Assembly (NCBI RefSeq): GCF_009914755.1
Contig: NC_060927.1
Length of the DNA stretch: 64,000 bases
Origin: the human T2T-CHM13v2.0 reference genome, Homo sapiens
Strand: one strand, 5' to 3'
The notes under the pieces were generated by a model, which did not search any database, was not told where the DNA came from, and saw nothing but the letters and a program-made list of their open reading frames with translations. The stretch's first letter is position 1. Every line of letters starts with the position of its first letter. A program made the position numbers and the translations under genes. This document shows positions 1 through 16,400 of this stretch, in pieces.

Positions 1-378
1 ACTATGTTTGGTTTTCTTCCCATTTCAGGGATCCTTTTGTCTTACTGTAAAATTGTTCCCTCCATTCTAAGGATTTCAACATCAGATGGGAAATATAAAG
101 CCTTCTCCACCTGTGGCTCTCACCTGGCACTTGTTTGCTTATTTTATGGAGCAGGCATTGGCGTGTACCTGACTTCAGCTGTGTCACCACCCCCCAGGAA
201 TGGTGTGGTGGTGTCAGTGATGTACACTGTGGTCACCCCCATGCTGAACCCTTTCATCTACAGCCTGAGAAACAGGGACATTCAAAGCACCCTGAGGAGG
301 CTGCTCAGCAGAACAGTCGAATCTCATGATCTGTTCCATCCTTTTTCTTGTGTGGGTGAGAAAGGGCAACCACATTAA
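1..378 (+). pseudogene. OR7E122P: 3' part (TM5-TM7 and C-terminus) of an OR7E-subfamily olfactory receptor gene, most likely the pseudogene OR7E122P; 5' part lies outside the window
   Basis: The ORF carries olfactory receptor motifs [20 protein letters not shown] and [19 protein letters not shown]. '[11 protein letters not shown]' and '[11 protein letters not shown]' are OR7E-like. No disabling lesion is visible in this fragment, so pseudogene status and symbol are inferred from the family and the position next to CAV3. Confidence 0.8.
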
Positions 379-1014
379 ATCCCTACATCTGCAAATCCTG
401 CCCCTTAGTCACATTATTTTTGTGGCTTGATGGCTTTTATTCCTTTCTGCATTTCCTATGTGAATATTGTTTTCTTCGTTATACCTTTCACTGGAATGGG
501 TGAGGATTCTGGGATCCTTTGTTTAGCAGAAACCTCATGACTGAATCCTCTATACCTAGGTGGCCTCCTTTAGTTTCTGAGCAATAACTCTGTCATCCAG
601 GTGGAATCACAACCATCTTTTTATATACGTGAAGTCCTCACTTCATTTTGGAATTCCCTGAAAATTGCCTTTATGGAAACAATGTACAGCAGGTCCTCCA
701 ACACCATTGGTGCGTTCAAAGTTGTGTAGTTATAATGTTGGTGAGGAATAAGTGGTTTCACTATACCTAATTTTGCTTCAAGGTGAAGTTTCCAAGAGAC
801 TTTCAAAGATGTTAAGTGAGGACATACTGTACATCAAATTCATATCCTCTTCCAGAGTTCATGTGGAATTTCTTTATAAACTGCTTCTAGAGAATCTATT
901 TAGGCAGGTTGTGTGTAGAGATCCATGTCACCCGTCCTCAATCTTGGCTTTGAGTCAAATCACCTGGGGAGCTTACAAATGCTGAGGCCTGGGTGTCATT
1001 ACCTGAGATTCTGA

Positions 1015-1602
<588 letters not shown>

Positions 1603-1938
1603 TAGATTTATACACACTTTGATTGCTGTTTTGTTATACACTTGCATATACATAAGATGTGAAATAGAAAAGAATAAAATGGGCACAGTATCCCTGAAGT
1701 TTCACATTCTGAGACATTTTAAAAATATTTGCTCTTTAGAAATTTGTTTCAATTGAGAAACTGTGGTATACACACCCAATGAAGTATTATTCAGCCTAAA
1801 AAGGAATAAACAAAATCCTCTTCATTGCAGACAAAATGGATGCGATTGCAGGTCTGTATATTAAATGAAATAAGCCAGGCACAGAATGACAAATATTTCA
1901 TATCCTCACTTCTATGTAGGAACAAAACAGAAAATCTT

Positions 1939-2220
1939 GGCCAGGTTTGGTGGCTCAGGCCTGTAATCCCAGCACCGTGGGAGGCCGAGTCACATGGATC
2001 ACTTGAGGCCCAGAGTTCGAGACCCGCCTGGCCAACATGGTGAAATCCCGTCTCTACTGAAAACACAAACAATTAGCCGGGTGTGGTGACACGTGCCTGT
2101 AGTCTCAGCTACTCGGAGGGCTGAGGCCCAAGAAGCGCTTGAACTCGGGAGGCGGAGGTTGCAGTGAGCCCGGATTTTGCCTGTATACTCCAACCTGGGC
2201 AACAGAAAGAGACTCCATCA
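1939..2220 (+). mobile_element. AluS element
   Basis: ggccaggtttggtggctcaggcctgtaatcccagc...gagactccatc. Confidence 0.9.
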
Positions 2221-2377
2221 CACACCTACACACAAAAGGAATCTCAGGAAGGTGGAAAGTATAAAGGTGGTTAGCAGACGCTAGGAAGAAAAGGGGTGGG
2301 ATGGGGAATGAAGAGAAGTGGATAATTGGGTCCCAAAATACAGAAAGATGGAATAAGTGAGTTCTAGTGTTTGATAG

Positions 2378-2815
<438 letters not shown>

Positions 2816-3844
2816 ATGCTGCATCCTTATCTGTTGTCTGTTGTTTGTTTTTGAGCCCAGAAATAACTTCTCACCTATATGTTCAAATGATTTTTCACAT
2901 GAGTGCTAAGAAAGTCCATTGGTGGAAAAGCAGCCTTTTCAAGAAATGGTGTTGGAGAAACTTGATTTCCACATGCAGAAGAATGAAGGTGGACTCTATG
3001 TCACACCAGGTGCAAAAATGAACACAAACTGGATCAAAGACCTAACCCCAACTGCTGAAAGTATAATATGCCTAAAAGAAAACATTGGCCACACTTTCAT
3101 GACATCAGATTGGGCAATGCTTTCTGGGATATGACACCAAAAGCATAGGCAACAAAAGAAAATTAGATCCCTTGGATGACATCTAAATGACAGACACTTT
3201 TGTACATCAGCAAACACTGTGAACTGAGTGAAAAGATAACCCATGGATTAGGAAAAAGATTTGCAAATCATATCTCTGAAAAGAGGCTGATATGCATCAC
3301 ATACAAAGAACAGCTAGAACTGAACAACAAGAAACCCAAAGCATCCCATTAACAATGGTCAGAAGACTCGAGTAGACATGTCCCTAAAGAAGATACAGCA
3401 ATGGCCAATAAGCATCTAAAATGATGTTCAAAATCACTCATCATAGGGAAGCGCAAATCCAACCAAGAATGTGATACCACACATTTGGATGGATGTGATA
3501 AACAAACAAGCATTGGTGAAACTAGAGGGAAGTAGGAATGCTCGAATCTGATTGGAGGGAATGTAAAACCGTGAAGGAACAGGGAAAATAGAATGGCGTG
3601 TACTGGAAAAAGTAGAAACAGGATTACCAGATGTTCCCGCAGTTGCACTTGTGGGTACCCTCCAAAAAGAATTAGAAGCCAGGAGTGGAAGAGAGATTTG
3701 TACACCCAAATTCATAGCAGCATTATTCACAACAGCCAACATGTGGAAGCAACCCAAGGGTTCGTGGACAGATGAATGAAAAAGCACACTGCAGTTCATT
3801 CATGCGATGGAAGACTATTCAGCCTTAAAAAGGCAGGCACTTCT

Positions 3845-4577
<733 letters not shown>

Positions 4578-5194
4578 TAAACACGGTATGATTCCACTTA
4601 TATCACGTGTCTACAGTAGTTAAACTTACAGAGTTGCAAAACAGAATGGTGGCCCCCAGGGGTGGGCGAGAGAGAGTGGAATGGAGTTTGGTTAATGGGT
4701 GCAATTTCCATTTTCAAGGATAAAACTGTTCTGGAGATGATGGCGGTGATGGTTGCTAAACAATGTGAATGTACCTAATGTGATTAAACTGTAAACTGAA
4801 AACTAGTGGAAATTGTAAATGTTTATACTGGCCATTCTATATGAAATAATCTATATTTATGATTTTTAATATTTATACGTGGTATATCTTCCCATAATAA
4901 AAGATGAAAATTAAAGCACTTGGATCTTGTAAAAGAAAAGAAAGAAGCGAATAATACACACAAGCTCTCTCCTGATGAGAGGAAGAGCCCCAGAGCTTCT
5001 ATGGACACTCACTTTTCTCTTCTTCTTCTTGCATGATGATGAGGAAATCCTGAGAGCTAGGGGAACTTGGGCGACTCTGGCTAATGAGGAGCTCTGTGCC
5101 TTGAGCCCCCCGGGCCATAGAATAGTAAATACTCAGTCTGTGCCTCCAGCCCTGCAGTGTGAGGTTGCAGTCCTGTGGGCTCCACAACCATCAC

Positions 5195-8100
5195 CTGTAT
5201 CAGGAGTTGTATCTCCCTAGGATATTATTAATAATATCACAGGGTATCACTATGTGCGTACCTCCACTGTGATATTTGAAGTCATATCTCTCTATGAGAT
5301 TACAAATCATATCAAAGGGTGTACACCCCTGTGACATATTAGGAGTAACATCCTTCTAGGGTATTACAGATAACGTCACAAGGTGTACAACTTCTGTGAC
5401 ATTTTGTACACTCTTTGTGACATTAAAAGAAACATCCCGCTAGATATCCTGGGGGATATGAATAATAACCAGGGCGGGGTACACACATGGTGTACACGGC
5501 CTGTGTCATCAGGAGTGACATTCCCCTAGGATATTATGAATAATATCACAGCAGGTGTACACACATGGTGTACACCCCATGTGACATTAGGAAAAGCATG
5601 CCCCTAGAATATTAGGAATAGTATCACAGGCATTGAATACACATGATATACACCCCCGGTGACATTAAAAATAACATCCCCCTTGGATATTATGAATAAT
5701 ATGACAGGGAGTACACGCCGTGTGACATTAGGAGTAACATCCCCCAAGGATATAACGAATAACATCAGAGTTTGTAAGTGCATTGTGACCTTAGTAGTAA
5801 CAACTCTTCAGGATATTACAAATAATATCACAGGGTGTACACACATTGTGACATTAGTAGTAACATCCCGCTGGAATACGATGAGTCATATCACAGGGTA
5901 TACACCCCCTATGACAATAGTAGTAACATTCCCCTAGAATATTACGAATAATATCACAGGAGGTACAGCCCCTGTGATTTATGAGTAATATTTCTATAGA
6001 ATATCACAAGTCATATCACTGTGTGACTCTGTGTACACCCCGTGTGACATTAGGAGAAACATCCCAGAAAACTATGATGAATAATATCACAGGGTGAACA
6101 CCCCCTGTGACCTGAGGAATAACGTAGTTTTAGGACATTATGAATGATGTGACAAGGTGTACACACCCTGTGACATTAGGAGCAATGTTCTTCTAGGATT
6201 TTAGGAATAATATCACAGGGAACACACCCCCTGTGACATTAGGATATTACGAATCATATCACAAGGTGTACATGCATTGTGACTTTAGTACTAATATCCC
6301 TCTGGTATACTATGAATAATATCACAGGGTATACATCCCTATGACATTAGGGGTAACATCCCCCTAGAATAGGATGAATAATATCACAGAGGGTACACAT
6401 CCTGTGACTTTAGGAGTACCACCGCCCTGGATTATGACGAATACTGTCCCAGGGTATTAACCCCCTGTGACCTGAGGAGTGACATCCCGCTGGAATATTA
6501 TGAATAATATCGCAGTGTGTACACCAACTGTGATATTAGGAGTCCTATTAATTTTTAGGATATTAGGTATAGTATCACAGTAGGTGTACATAAATAGTGT
6601 GTACACCTACTGTGATATTAAAAGTTATATCTCCCTAGGGTATTGCGAATACAATCACAGTGGGTGCACCCACTGTGATATTTGAAGTAATATCTCCCTA
6701 AGATATGAAAAACAATATCAAAGCATGGACCCCGTCTGTGACATCAAAGGTAACATCTCTGTGGATATTCCAAATAATATCACAGAGTGTACACAGCCTG
6801 TGACATTAGGAGTAGCATCCCCATAAGATATTCCGAGTAATATCACAGGGTGTACACCCCATGTGACATTAAGGGTAACATCTTCTTAGGATGTTATGAA
6901 CGACATCACAGGGTGTACGCCCCCTGTGACTTTTCAAGTAACATCCCCCTAGAATATTACAAATAATATCATGGGTGTACACCCCGTGTGACATTAGGAG
7001 TAACATCTCCCTAGGATATTACGAAGAATATCACTGGGTGTACACCCTCTGCCATATTAGGAGTAAATCCTTCTAAGACATTATGAATAATATCACAAGG
7101 TGTACACACACTGTGATATTCGGAGAGATATCTCCCTAGGATATAAGGTGTACACCCACTGTGATATTAGAAGCAATATCTAACTCTGATAGTATGAGAC
7201 ATATCAAAGGGAGTACACTCTCTGTGATAATAGATGTAATGTTTAACATGGATATTACAAATAATATCACAGGTTGTACACACACGAGGTATACCCACTG
7301 TGGTATTATTTGTACTGTCTTAGAGAGATATAACTCTCTAATATAACACAGAGAGCAATAACTCTGTAATATCTCTGAGATATTACAAATAATATCACAG
7401 TGAGTGTACATTTAGTGTACATAGTGTACACCCACTGTGAGATTTACAGTAATATCTCCGTATAAGACTACAAATAGTATCGAAGGGTGTACACCCCCTG
7501 TGACCTTAGGAGTAACATCCTTCTGGATATTGGGAATAATATCATAAGGCATACCCACCCTGTGACATTTTGTACACCCTTTGTGACATTAAAAGTCACA
7601 ACCCCCTAGTATGTTATGAATAATACCAAAGGCGGTTGACGCACACGGTGTGCACACCCTGTTACATTAGGCGTAATCTTCTTCTGTGATTTGCGAATAA
7701 TATCACAGAAGGTGTACACACATGGTGGACACTCCAGGTGACATTAGGAGCAACATCACCCCAAGATTTTAGAAATAATATTACCAGGGTTGCATACACA
7801 TGGTGTACTCTCCCTGTGACATTAGCAGCAACATTCCCCTAGAATATTACGAACAACATCAGAGGGGGAGTACACATATAATGTACACACCTTGTAAAAT
7901 TAAGAGTAGCATCTCCCTACGATGTTATGAATAATATCACAGAATGTGTACACACATGGTGTATACCCGATGTGATGTTAAGAGTTACACCCTTCTAGTA
8001 TGTTAGGAATAATACCACAAAGGTGTTCACACATGGTTAACACCATATGGAATATTAGGATTAATATCCCTCCAGAATATTACAAACAACATCACAGGGG

Positions 8101-11100
8101 CTGGGCACACATGGTGCACATGCCCTGTGGCGTTAGGAGTACATTTCCCTGACACATTACGAGTAATATCACAGAGTGTACACCTTCTGTGACATTTGGA
8201 GTAACATCCCCTAGGATAGTACGAATAATATCACAGGGTGTACATCCCCTGTGACCTGAGGAGTAACATCTTTCTAGGATATTGTGAATAACATCACAAG
8301 ACACACGGCCCCTGTGACACGAGGAGTAACATCCACCTAGGATATTATGAATAATATCACAGGGAGTACACCCTGTGTGACAGTAGGAGTAACCTCACCC
8401 AAGGATATAAGGAACAAATACAGAGGATGCACACGTGTTGTGACATTAGCAGTAACATCCATTTAGGATATTACGAATATTACCACAATGTGAATACCCC
8501 CTGTGATATTAGGAGTAACATCCCCCTACAATATTGGGAACCATATCACACGGTGTACACCCCCTGTGACATTAGAGGTAACATTTCCTTAGGATATTAT
8601 GAATAATATTACAAGGTGTACAGCCCCTGTGATATTAGGAGTAACATTTCCATAAAATATTAGGAATCATATCACTGTTTGTACACCACGGGAGACATTA
8701 GGAGTAGCGGACCCCAAAACTATCATGAATAACTTCACAGGGTGTACACCCTCTGTGACATTAGGAATAACATCTTTCTAAAATATTACAAATAATATCG
8801 CAAAATGTACACCCCCTGTGACATTAGAAGTCACATCGCCCGAGGATCTAAGAAACAATAGCAGTTTGTGTACCTGCGTTGTGACATCCTTAGTAACATC
8901 ACTTTAGGGTATTACGAATATTATCAGAGTGTGAACACCTTCCGTGACATTAGGAGTAACATCACCCTACAATATTGGGAATAATACCACAAGGTGTACA
9001 CCGCCTGTGACACTAGTGGTAACATTTCTTTAGGATATTACGAATAATATGACAGGGTGCACAGCCCCTGTGATATTAGGAGTAACATATCCAAAAAAAC
9101 TTTACGAATAATATCACGGTTTGTACACCACGTGTGACATTGGGAGTAACATCCCCCGAAACGATTATGAATAGCTTCACAGATCGTACACCTTCTGTGA
9201 TATTAGGAATTAACATATTTCTAGAATGTGAAGAATAACATCACAGGATGTACAGCCCCATGACATGAGGAGTAACATCACTCTAGGATATTACGAATAA
9301 TATAACAAAGTGCACACAATTTGTATGGTAGGAGTAACATCCCTCTGGGATACTACGAATCATAGCACCGAAAGCACGCCCCCTGTGACAATAGGAGTAA
9401 CATCCCCTTAGGATATTACCAATAATATCACAAGGTGTACACGCATTGTGACATTAGTAACAATATCCAGCTAATAGATTCTGAATAATATCACAGCATG
9501 CACACCTTTGCGACATTAGGAGTAACATCCCCCTAGAATATTACGAATAATATCACAGGGTGTACACACCCTGCGACTTTAGGGTAATCATCCCCCTGGA
9601 TGACTAGAAATAATTTCACAGGATGTTAAACCCCTGTGACAATAGGAATAATATACTTCTACGATATGATGAATAATATCACAGTGTGTACACCCACTGT
9701 GATATTAAAAGTTATACCTCCCTCAGATATTGTGAATAATATCACAGGGTGTACACCATGTGTGCACACCCACTGTGATTTTTAAAGTAATATCTCCTTA
9801 GGATATTACGAATAATATCAAGGGGTGTACACACCCTATGACATTAAGATAACATCCCTTTAGGATATTCGAAATAATATCCAAGGTTGTACACCCCATA
9901 TGACATTACGAGTAACACCTTCCTAGGATATTACGAATAAGATCCCAGGCTTGACACCCCCTGTGATTTTTAAAAGTAAAATCCCCCTAGAATAGTACTA
10001 ATAATAACACAGGGTGTACACCCCTGTGACGTTAGGAGTAACAACCTCCCAGGATACTACCAATAATATCAGGAGGTATACACACACGGTGACATTAGTG
10101 GTAATATCCCGCTAGTATATTGTGAATACTATCACAGGGTATACACACCTGTGACTTTAGGAGTAACATCCCCCTGGAATATTCCGAATAATATCACAGG
10201 GCGTACACCTCCTGTGACTTCAGGTGTATCATCCCACTAAAGTATTACGAATAATGCCCCAGGGGGTTAGCCTGTGTAATATCACAGGGTGTACACCCCC
10301 TGTGACATTAGGAGTAATATCTTTCTAGAACATCACGAGTAATATCACAATGTGTACACACTTTGTGACATTAAAAGTAAAATCCCCCTAAGATATTCCG
10401 AATAATATCACAGGGAGTACACCCCGTGTGACATAGGAGGAATAACCCGTGAGGATATAATGAATAATATCAGAGGGTGTACACGTATTGTGACATTAGT
10501 AGTAACATCCCGCTGGGACATCACGAATAATATCACAAGGTGTACACGCCGGGTGACATGAATTTATGTCACATTCCCCTAGAATATGACCCATAACATT
10601 ACAGGGTGTAGAACACCTGTGATTTATGAGTAACATTTCTATAGAATATTTCAAGTAATATCCTTCGGTGTGCACCCCGTGTGACATTACGAGTAACATC
10701 CCACGAAACTGTGATGAATATTTTCAAAAGGCGTACACCCTCTGTGACATTAAAAGTAACATCTCGCTAGGATATTACGAATAATGTCATAGGGTATACA
10801 GCCCCTGTGACATGAGGAGTAATGTCTTTTTAGGATATCACGAATAATATAACAAGATGTACACAACCTGTGACATTAGGTGTCACATCCGTCTAGGAGA
10901 CTACGAATACTATCGTAGCGAACACAACCCGTGACAATAGGAGTAACGTCCCCCTAGGATATTATGAATAATATCAGAAGGTGTACACACATTGTGACTT
11001 CAGTGCTAATATCCCTCTCATATACTGTGAATAATATCACAGGGTGTACACCCCTGTGATATTACATTAGGAGTAACATCTCCCTAGAGTATTACGAATA

Positions 11101-13475
11101 ATATCATAGGGGGTACACACGCCTTTGTTTAGGAGTAATATTCCCCTAGGATATTACTAATAATATCACAGTGTGTACACTCACTGTGACATTAGGCATC
11201 CCATTTTCCAAGGATATTATGAATAATATCACAGAAGGTGTTCACACATAATGTGTACACCATGTGTGTACACCCAACGTGATAGTTGAAGTAATATGTC
11301 CCTGGGATCTTATGAATAATATCAAACGGTGTACACCCCATGTGACATTAAGAGTAACATCCCTTTTGGAGATTCTGAATGTTATCACAGGGTGTGATAT
11401 TAGGAGCGTGATATGAGGAGTAATCTCTTCCTAGGATAACCCATGTGATATTAGGAGTAACCTCTTCCTAGGATATTACGAATAACATCACAGGGTGTAC
11501 ACTCCTGTGACTTTAAAAGTAACACCCCCCTAGAATATTATGAATAATATAACAGGGTGTACACCCCCTGTGACATTAGGAGTAACATCTCCCTAGGATA
11601 TTACAAATAATGTCACTGGGGGCACACCCTCTGTGATATTAGCAGCAACATCTTTCTAGGATATTATGAATGATATCACAGGGTGTAAACTCACGGTGAT
11701 ATTAGAAGGACTATCTCCCTAGGATATAAGCTATCATATCACAGAGTGTACACACGTGGCGTACACCCACTGTGTTATTAGCAGCAATAACTCCCTATGA
11801 TATTATGAAAAATATCACAGGGTGTACCCTCCGGTGGGTTACTAGAAGTAATGTTTACCATGGATATTACAAAGAATGTCACAGGGTGTACACACATGGG
11901 GTACACCCTCTGTGATATTAGGAGTTATATCTCTCAAAGATATTACAAATAATATCCCAGTGGGTGTACCCCATGTGTGTACATCCACTGTGGTATTTAA
12001 AGTAACATCTCCCTATCAGATTACAAATAATATCGAAGGGTGTTCACCCCCTGTGACATTAGGAGAAACATCCCCCTACAATATTGGGAACAATATCACA
12101 CGGTGTACACCCCTGTAGTGTTAGGAGTGAAAAACCCCTGAATATTACTAATAATATCACAAGGTGTACATGCATTGTGACATTAGTAGTAATTTCCTGC
12201 TGGCATATTTTGAAGAATATCACAGAAGGAACACACCTGCGACATTAGGAGTAACATCTCCCTAGAATAGTAATAATAATATCACGGGGTGTACACCCCC
12301 TGTGAAATTAGGAGTATCATCTCGCCAGAATATTACGAATAATGTCACAGGGTGTTATCTTCTGTGACAATAGGAGTATAGACCCCTGGGAAATTATGAA
12401 TACTATCACAGGGTGTACACCCCTGTGACATTAGGAGTAACATCTTTCTAGAATATCACTAATAATATCACTATGTGTACACCCCCTGTGTCATTAAAAG
12501 TAAAATTGCCCTGGGATATTATGAAATAGAACACAGGGAGTACACCCCGTGTGACATTAGAAGTTACATCCCTGGGGATATAACGAATAATATCAGAGAA
12601 TGCACCTGCCTTGGACATCAGTAGTAACATCTCTTCAGGAAAATATCAATAATATCAAAGGGTGTACCCGCATTGTGAAATTAGTAGTGAACTCCCACTA
12701 GGATATTACGAATCTTATGACGGGGTCTACATGCCCTGTGACATTAGTAGGAACGTTTTCCTAGAATATTATGAAGAATATTAAAGGATGTACAGGACCC
12801 GTGATTTACGAGTAACATTTCGATAGAATATTGCACGTAGTATCACTGTGTGTACATCCCGTGTGACATTAGGGTTAACATCCCACAAAAGTATAATGAA
12901 TACTTTCCCAAGGTGTACACCCTCTGTGACATTAAAAGTAACATTTCCCTAGAATATGCCGATGATATCACAGAGCGTACATCCTCTGTGATACGAGAAG
13001 TGACATCTGATAAGGATCATGCGAGTAATTTGACAAGGTGTACAAACCCTGTGACATAAGGAGTGACATCCCTCTAGGATATTATGAATAATATCAAAAG
13101 GAACATACCCCGTGTGACAATAAAAGTAACTTCCCCTTAGGAGATTAAGAATAACACCACAAGTTGCACACACATTGTGACATACTTACTAATGTCCCGC
13201 TAGGCTACTGGGAGACAGTGGGTCTCCCACTACCTACTAGGCTACAGTGGGTAGAGTCCTTTGACATCAGGATTAACATTCCCCTACAATACTACGAATA
13301 ATATCGCAGGGTGTATACCCCCCTGTGATTTTAGTAGTGGCATCTTGCTAGAATATGGAAAACAGTGTCCCAGGGTGTTAAACCAGTGTGGCAGTAGAGA
13401 AAAGATCGCAGGAGTAATAGAGTAATATCTCCTCCCCTCTCCCCCCCGGATATTACGATCCACATCGCAGGGGGT
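5195..13475. repeat. Diverged tandem satellite array, ~63-bp monomer (SATR1/SATR2 type), ~8.3 kb
   Basis: Roughly 130 diverged copies of approximately GGGTGTACACCCCCTGTGACATTAGGAGTAACATCCCCCTAGGATATTACGAATAATATCACA. Some units are lengthened by a duplicated gtgtacac segment. The family name is recalled from the satellite associated with OR7E duplication blocks. Confidence 0.93.
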
Positions 13476-16400
13476 AAAAATTGATGTGAACCTTGGAGAC
13501 TTAAGGGAAGGGGGTATTTGCTGCCATAGTCAGCAAACAGCATCCCAAGAGAAGAAGGGAGGCCACAGCAGTGACAAGAGGTCAAGTTGCGCTCTTAGGG
13601 TGATGAACAGTGTCACTGATGGCCTTGGAGGCAGCAGTCCCCAGAATCCAGTCATTCTTAGGACCAATGAATCACAACTCTTGTTTATCTCCCTAGACAC
13701 AGGCAGTGTCAGCCTATGATCTGATGTCTCCCACAGCTCAAGGGAACCTAAAGGCAGAGGTGTGGGCCCTTATTCTGATTTCTCTTTGGCAAAGATTCAA
13801 GAACAAGTACCTTATATGAAAAGTGCAAAGAAAACTGGCAGGGGTTAGGAATTGGTACAGGAAAAAGAAGGTGCCAATAAAGGCTGATCAAACCAGCTGC
13901 CATTGTGGGTGACTGGCTTGTGATCCTGCTGGGGCCCTCTAGGAGGCAGTGTCGGGCACTCACGGGAGAGGTCAAAAAGATGTCCTCAAGATAATTGCTT
14001 TCGATACTTGGTCATAGCAACCACAAAAAAATTAAACTCAATTTCACAAAAGTCAGTCCCCATCTTACATGGTTGCTGTGAGAGTTAAAGAGCTGATGTA
14101 TACAAAGTGCCTAAATTAGAGTTCAGCATTTAAAATACCCTCCACCCTAAGAAATAAATTACACTAACCGTTTACTGAAATATATATATAATCTAACAAG
14201 GTCATTTATATGAAAGTGCTTACTCACCCAAGGCTGCTAGAAAAAAAGGCTGATGCCACACGCATAACGGAGCCTCTCAGAGCTACCGCAGGTGCCAAGC
14301 AGTGGCTGTGGAAAGTGACGACGGGGCTGGATTGTTCTGAGGATACACCTGGAGCAATTTTCCAAAGACAGAATATGTGCTGGATTCTACTGTCGATTTG
14401 AAAGCCATCTCAGTGGGTGGAATGAGCATCCCTTCTGTAAGAAACGAATAAAGGGGGAAAAAAATACATATTTTGAATAAGTGTTGGAAAGGGGAAATCA
14501 CATATTTTGAATATGTAATCTATCGCACTCATACCTACAGGCCGTTTACTTTCATGGAATTCGTGGGAGCAGGTGAAATTAACGAGGTTCTACCAATGAT
14601 GAAACCAGGCCCAGAATTGAAAGGGAAGTGCTGTTTATCGAGTTCTGTCACAAGCACGGCATTTGGATTGTCTGAATGAATCCTCAAAGTGACACTTTGA
14701 AATAAATACCTGTACTGTGATTTTCCACAGAATTCAACTCAGAAAGGTATAATGCACACAAGTGCTTAACCAAGTGTTAGCGTACAGTGACCGTGCAACA
14801 CGTTGTAATTATACTTAGGATTACTCACCAAGGTGTCACAGCTAGTGGGGGGCAGAGCCAGGGTGTTTTGAGCACACGCATCGGGCACCCAATGCCATGT
14901 GCTTCTCAGTACTGCAGAGACCAGCCTTCCTCATTCCTCTGTCCCCACATTTACCTGATAAATATTTTTTGGGCACCTACTTCATGCTCATCCCCAGTGC
15001 ACCTCATTATTTGCAAAGTCCTCTCAAGTTAGCCATCTCCTTTGCTTCTCAATCTTGTATGGTAAGCAGAGTAGAATTGCTCTCTGCACTTTACAAATGA
15101 GGAAACTGAGGCTCCAGAAAGTTCTGGGAGGTGCTCAGAATTCTTAGATACCTTTCCCTCAGCACTCACATGCCCACCACACACCACGCGCACACACATC
15201 TCAATCACCTGAGGTTAGGGTCATTCATTTTTTTCTTCAATTGTAGAAATACTATATATTATCCTATAAAACTAGAAAATTGTTAAAGCTATGATAAAGA
15301 AAAATTAGATTTTCCAGTAAGCACACTTCCCAGAGGCAGCTGGCGTCAACATCTTTGTGTATTTCAAAGGCAGTAGATTGGTAGACCAAAGGCCAAAGCC
15401 AAACCACATAATTTTTATTTGGCCAATACAGTGCTTTTAAAAGTGTAAACTATTACCAATATTTAGGGAATTTCACATAAATATCAGGATTTCTAACCTC
15501 CATTAAGAAACTTGAAGAGCTAGAGATAGGCAGCAAAAGTTGGCCAGGAGTCTTTTTTTCAGAGGGTATGTTCTCTCCAATTTGTCTCGGTCTCCACCAT
15601 TCCCTATTGTATTACAACTGGTCCAAGTCACTAACCACTGGCTCCTATAGTCATCAAAGGGGTTATAATGACTGAGTATATCTTTCCTGTCCTTTGCCTA
15701 TACAAATAACTTTTCACATGTGACATCATCTTATATTAACAATTTTCACCTGACTTTATATCATCAGCTGTTTCCTACAATATTAGAAATACTTTTAAAA
15801 TAGTATGATTATTGTTTGGCATTCTATTACAGATATATGTACACCTTAATTAATTTCTGATTTTTTGCCATTATAAATAACCATGATGATCTTTTTTAGA
15901 TAATTTAAATTTGGATTTTTTTTTAGCACATGTGAGCCTCAGATGATTGGAAGATCTCTCTTTTAAAGTCCCTGGCCCTAGAGTTAATCACATTTCAATT
16001 CAACTCATGATCTATGACTTCAGCTACAGTGGCTATTACTTCTTAGTAATCCACCACCAAGTGCCAGCTGTCTAAGTCCAAGGCTTGAAGTGAAACTCCA
16101 TGGGGTCAAGGTTTTTAGCTGTTTGCAAACATGAAAGGAGAAATCACCTGGGCCTGGTGATGCATGGAAGAGAGTCTGGATCAGCCTCCAGGGACATGCA
16201 TCTCCTGCCCATCACACTGCCCCTGAACACAGGGCAACCTGCAATGACACATCTCACCTACCATTACTTCCACCCTCAGAGCCATGCTTTTCACACTTCC
16301 CCTCCTATGGTCAAATGTCAAAACTGATGTGGGAATTTCATCCTTCATTACTCAGCATGTTGAAAAAAGCCAAAAAAGGCTTTGAAAAAGTCAAAGTTAT

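Noticed and set aside
5659-13173. ORFs with 21-aa periodicity (VTLGVTSP.DITNNITGCTP) in the satellite
   Set aside because: They arise because 63 bp is divisible by 3. The consensus carries an in-frame TAG (CCC TAG), and ORFs appear only where it has mutated.
5195-13475. CRISPR-like array (palindromic repeats at regular spacing)
   Set aside because: There are no unique spacers, since the whole unit repeats and diverges. There are no cas genes, and the context is primate genomic DNA. It is a satellite.
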